Positions 62,573 to 64,000 of a stretch of DNA of 64,000 nt are shown here, piece after piece (position 1 is the stretch's first letter; each line of letters starts with the position of its first letter). The notes below the pieces were generated by a model, which did no database searches, was not told the DNA's origin, and saw only the letters and a list, made by a program, of their open reading frames with translations. This DNA comes from an uncultured bacterium (GTDB taxonomy: Bacteria; Zixibacteria; MSB-5A5; GN15; FEB-12): the NCBI GenBank assembly GCA_965372795.1, contig CBDVDR010000001.1, positions 256,001 to 320,000 on the forward strand. The letters run 5' to 3'. The position numbers and the translations under genes are program-made.

Positions 62573-63913
62573 CTATGTATAATCTCTGCCATACTTATCG
62601 TATTTGCCATAAAAGATATCATCCCCCCAGACAGAAACTGTTCTTGCAAATGATGATCGCCTGGTTCCCGCTCTGACAATATTGTGAACAAAGGTCGGAG
62701 GATGGCTATAAGGACAAACTTTCATACATAACCCGCAGTCAGTTCCGACAATTCTCCAATAATGCAGACACTGTTCGACATTAAGCAGCCACTTTTCGAC
62801 CCCTCTGACAGACTTTTTCCCATTATGCGCGATAGCCTGAGAGGGGCAATTGTCAGCGCATTTCATACATTTTTCACAAAAATCCTGAACTCCAAAATTT
62901 ATCGGTTTGTCAATTATTAATGGTAATTCGGTTGTAATAGCCCCAAGTCTGATTCTGGCACCCTGTTTTGGAGAAATTAAGTAACCCATTCTGCCTAATT
63001 CGCCCAAGCCGGCTTGGTATGCCAGAGGCGGAAGCATTATTTGATAATTGCTATCAGAAATATGAGCCCTTGCCTGAAATCCAATTGATCGAATATATTT
63101 GGCAATTTCAATCGAAATTTCAGCCCCCTTGAGATATTGAATGGCGGCTTCGGTTGTGATCGGTAAAGTTGGCGCTTTTTCTACCTGATGATATGACATT
63201 TCAAGAGTAAAGATAATTGCAAATTTATGACTGTTCTCTACCTGTTGTCCCCACGGTTCAGGACCTCGTCCAACATGTGAATAAACATATCGCTGCTCTA
63301 ATAGAGCGATGCCTACATCTGAGGCCCCTGAGTCAATAATTTTCTTTTTTATTTCTTTAGTGAAATTTTCAGCTCTGTCTTCTCTTTTTTGTAATGCAAC
63401 TTCCCCGTCAACAGAAGTAGTCATACTGCCGATTTTCTTAAAAATCTCTTTAATTTCTATTGATCCTTTCAGATCATAAAATTTCCCTCCCGGGGATAAC
63501 AGGGCAGGAAGTTCTTTGAGCCTGTCATCGACAGATTTGTAATCGGGGTGCTCGTTATAATATTCAATATATCGTTCTGTACCTGCGTGATAATCTTCGC
63601 GGGCGAAAATTGTATCGCGTTCGTCAATTTTTTGATTCGATTCAACAATTTTAAGATTTATCAAAGAACCAACCGGGGCAAAAAATAAAATCAGAAACAT
63701 TAAAGTTGTGATAATAACAGCGATTAAAATAGTTTGATTAGTGAATAAGAATAGATATATCGCAGCCCAAATTGTGACTGTTATTAATGATGAAGCAATA
63801 CTGGCGTAGACCGCCCGATTTCGATGTTCATTTACAGAAGCAAATAGAAAACTGATCAGGAATAGAAATAGAGCCAGAAAAATAAAATGTGTGACGAGTT
63901 GAAGGAAAATCAT
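62573..63913 (-). CDS. Reductive-dehalogenase-like cobalamin/2x[4Fe-4S] protein with N-terminal TM helices
   Basis: DERDTIFAR, GASDVGI, AGLGELGR, GARIRL, FCEKCMKCADNCPSQAI, CGLCMKVCPY; three hydrophobic N-terminal helices; no Tat motif. Confidence 0.8.
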   Translation of the reverse strand: MIFLQLVTHFIFLALFLFLISFLFASVNEHRNRAVYASIASSLITVTIWAAIYLFLFTNQTILIAVIITTLMFLILFFAPVGSLINLKIVESNQKIDERDTIFAREDYHAGTERYIEYYNEHPDYKSVDDRLKELPALLSPGGKFYDLKGSIEIKEIFKKIGSMTTSVDGEVALQKREDRAENFTKEIKKKIIDSGASDVGIALLEQRYVYSHVGRGPEPWGQQVENSHKFAIIFTLEMSYHQVEKAPTLPITTEAAIQYLKGAEISIEIAKYIRSIGFQARAHISDSNYQIMLPPLAYQAGLGELGRMGYLISPKQGARIRLGAITTELPLIIDKPINFGVQDFCEKCMKCADNCPSQAIAHNGKKSVRGVEKWLLNVEQCLHYWRIVGTDCGLCMKVCPYSHPPTFVHNIVRAGTRRSSFARTVSVWGDDIFYGKYDKYGRDYT

Positions 63914-63967
63914 TATAACCTTTAATTTTCCTAAAGATACAATAATTAGTTTTATTCAGCAAGAGAC

Positions 63968-64000
63968 AAAAAAAGAGCGACTCAATTAAAGAATCGCTCT
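63968..64000 (-). terminator. Terminator of an upstream minus-strand gene (cut by window edge)
   Basis: aaaaaaagagcga...tcgctct. Confidence 0.5.

Overview
AT-rich bacterial chromosomal window. The organism is a diderm (KdsB, porin, Wzz) and probably an anaerobe. Three secreted proteins ending in NYPNPFN-type C-terminal sorting domains suggest an FCB-associated lineage such as candidate division Zixibacteria (inference). The backbone is housekeeping and envelope genes: panC (partial), a DRG-type GTPase, a Wbp-like polysaccharide cluster, pyrG/kdsB, mltG/ruvX, lepA, tilS-hpt-ftsH-folP-cdaA, a K+ channel, a PP2C phosphatase, tRNA-Arg(ACG), a group 3b [NiFe]-hydrogenase operon, an S9 peptidase with an OPT transporter, and a membrane-anchored reductive-dehalogenase-like gene. 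Most notable accessory signals: (1) an LRR-Roc-COR (Roco) gene enclosed by inverted GTAG-headed REP-like hairpins, CACAC-GAA-GTGTG mini-hairpins and a 90-bp tandem repeat, resembling a REPtron with no transposase; (2) an intact three-gene two-component-like operon whose kinase, receiver and sigma54-activator catalytic motifs all look dead, behind a near-perfect sigma28 promoter; (3) an orphan sigma70 promoter-terminator unit (candidate sRNA); (4) modular secreted proteins sharing two unnamed domains; (5) a stand-alone SIR2 gene, a sigma54-driven micro-ORF and a probable ATC start codon. No CRISPR array, integrase or transposase is visible.
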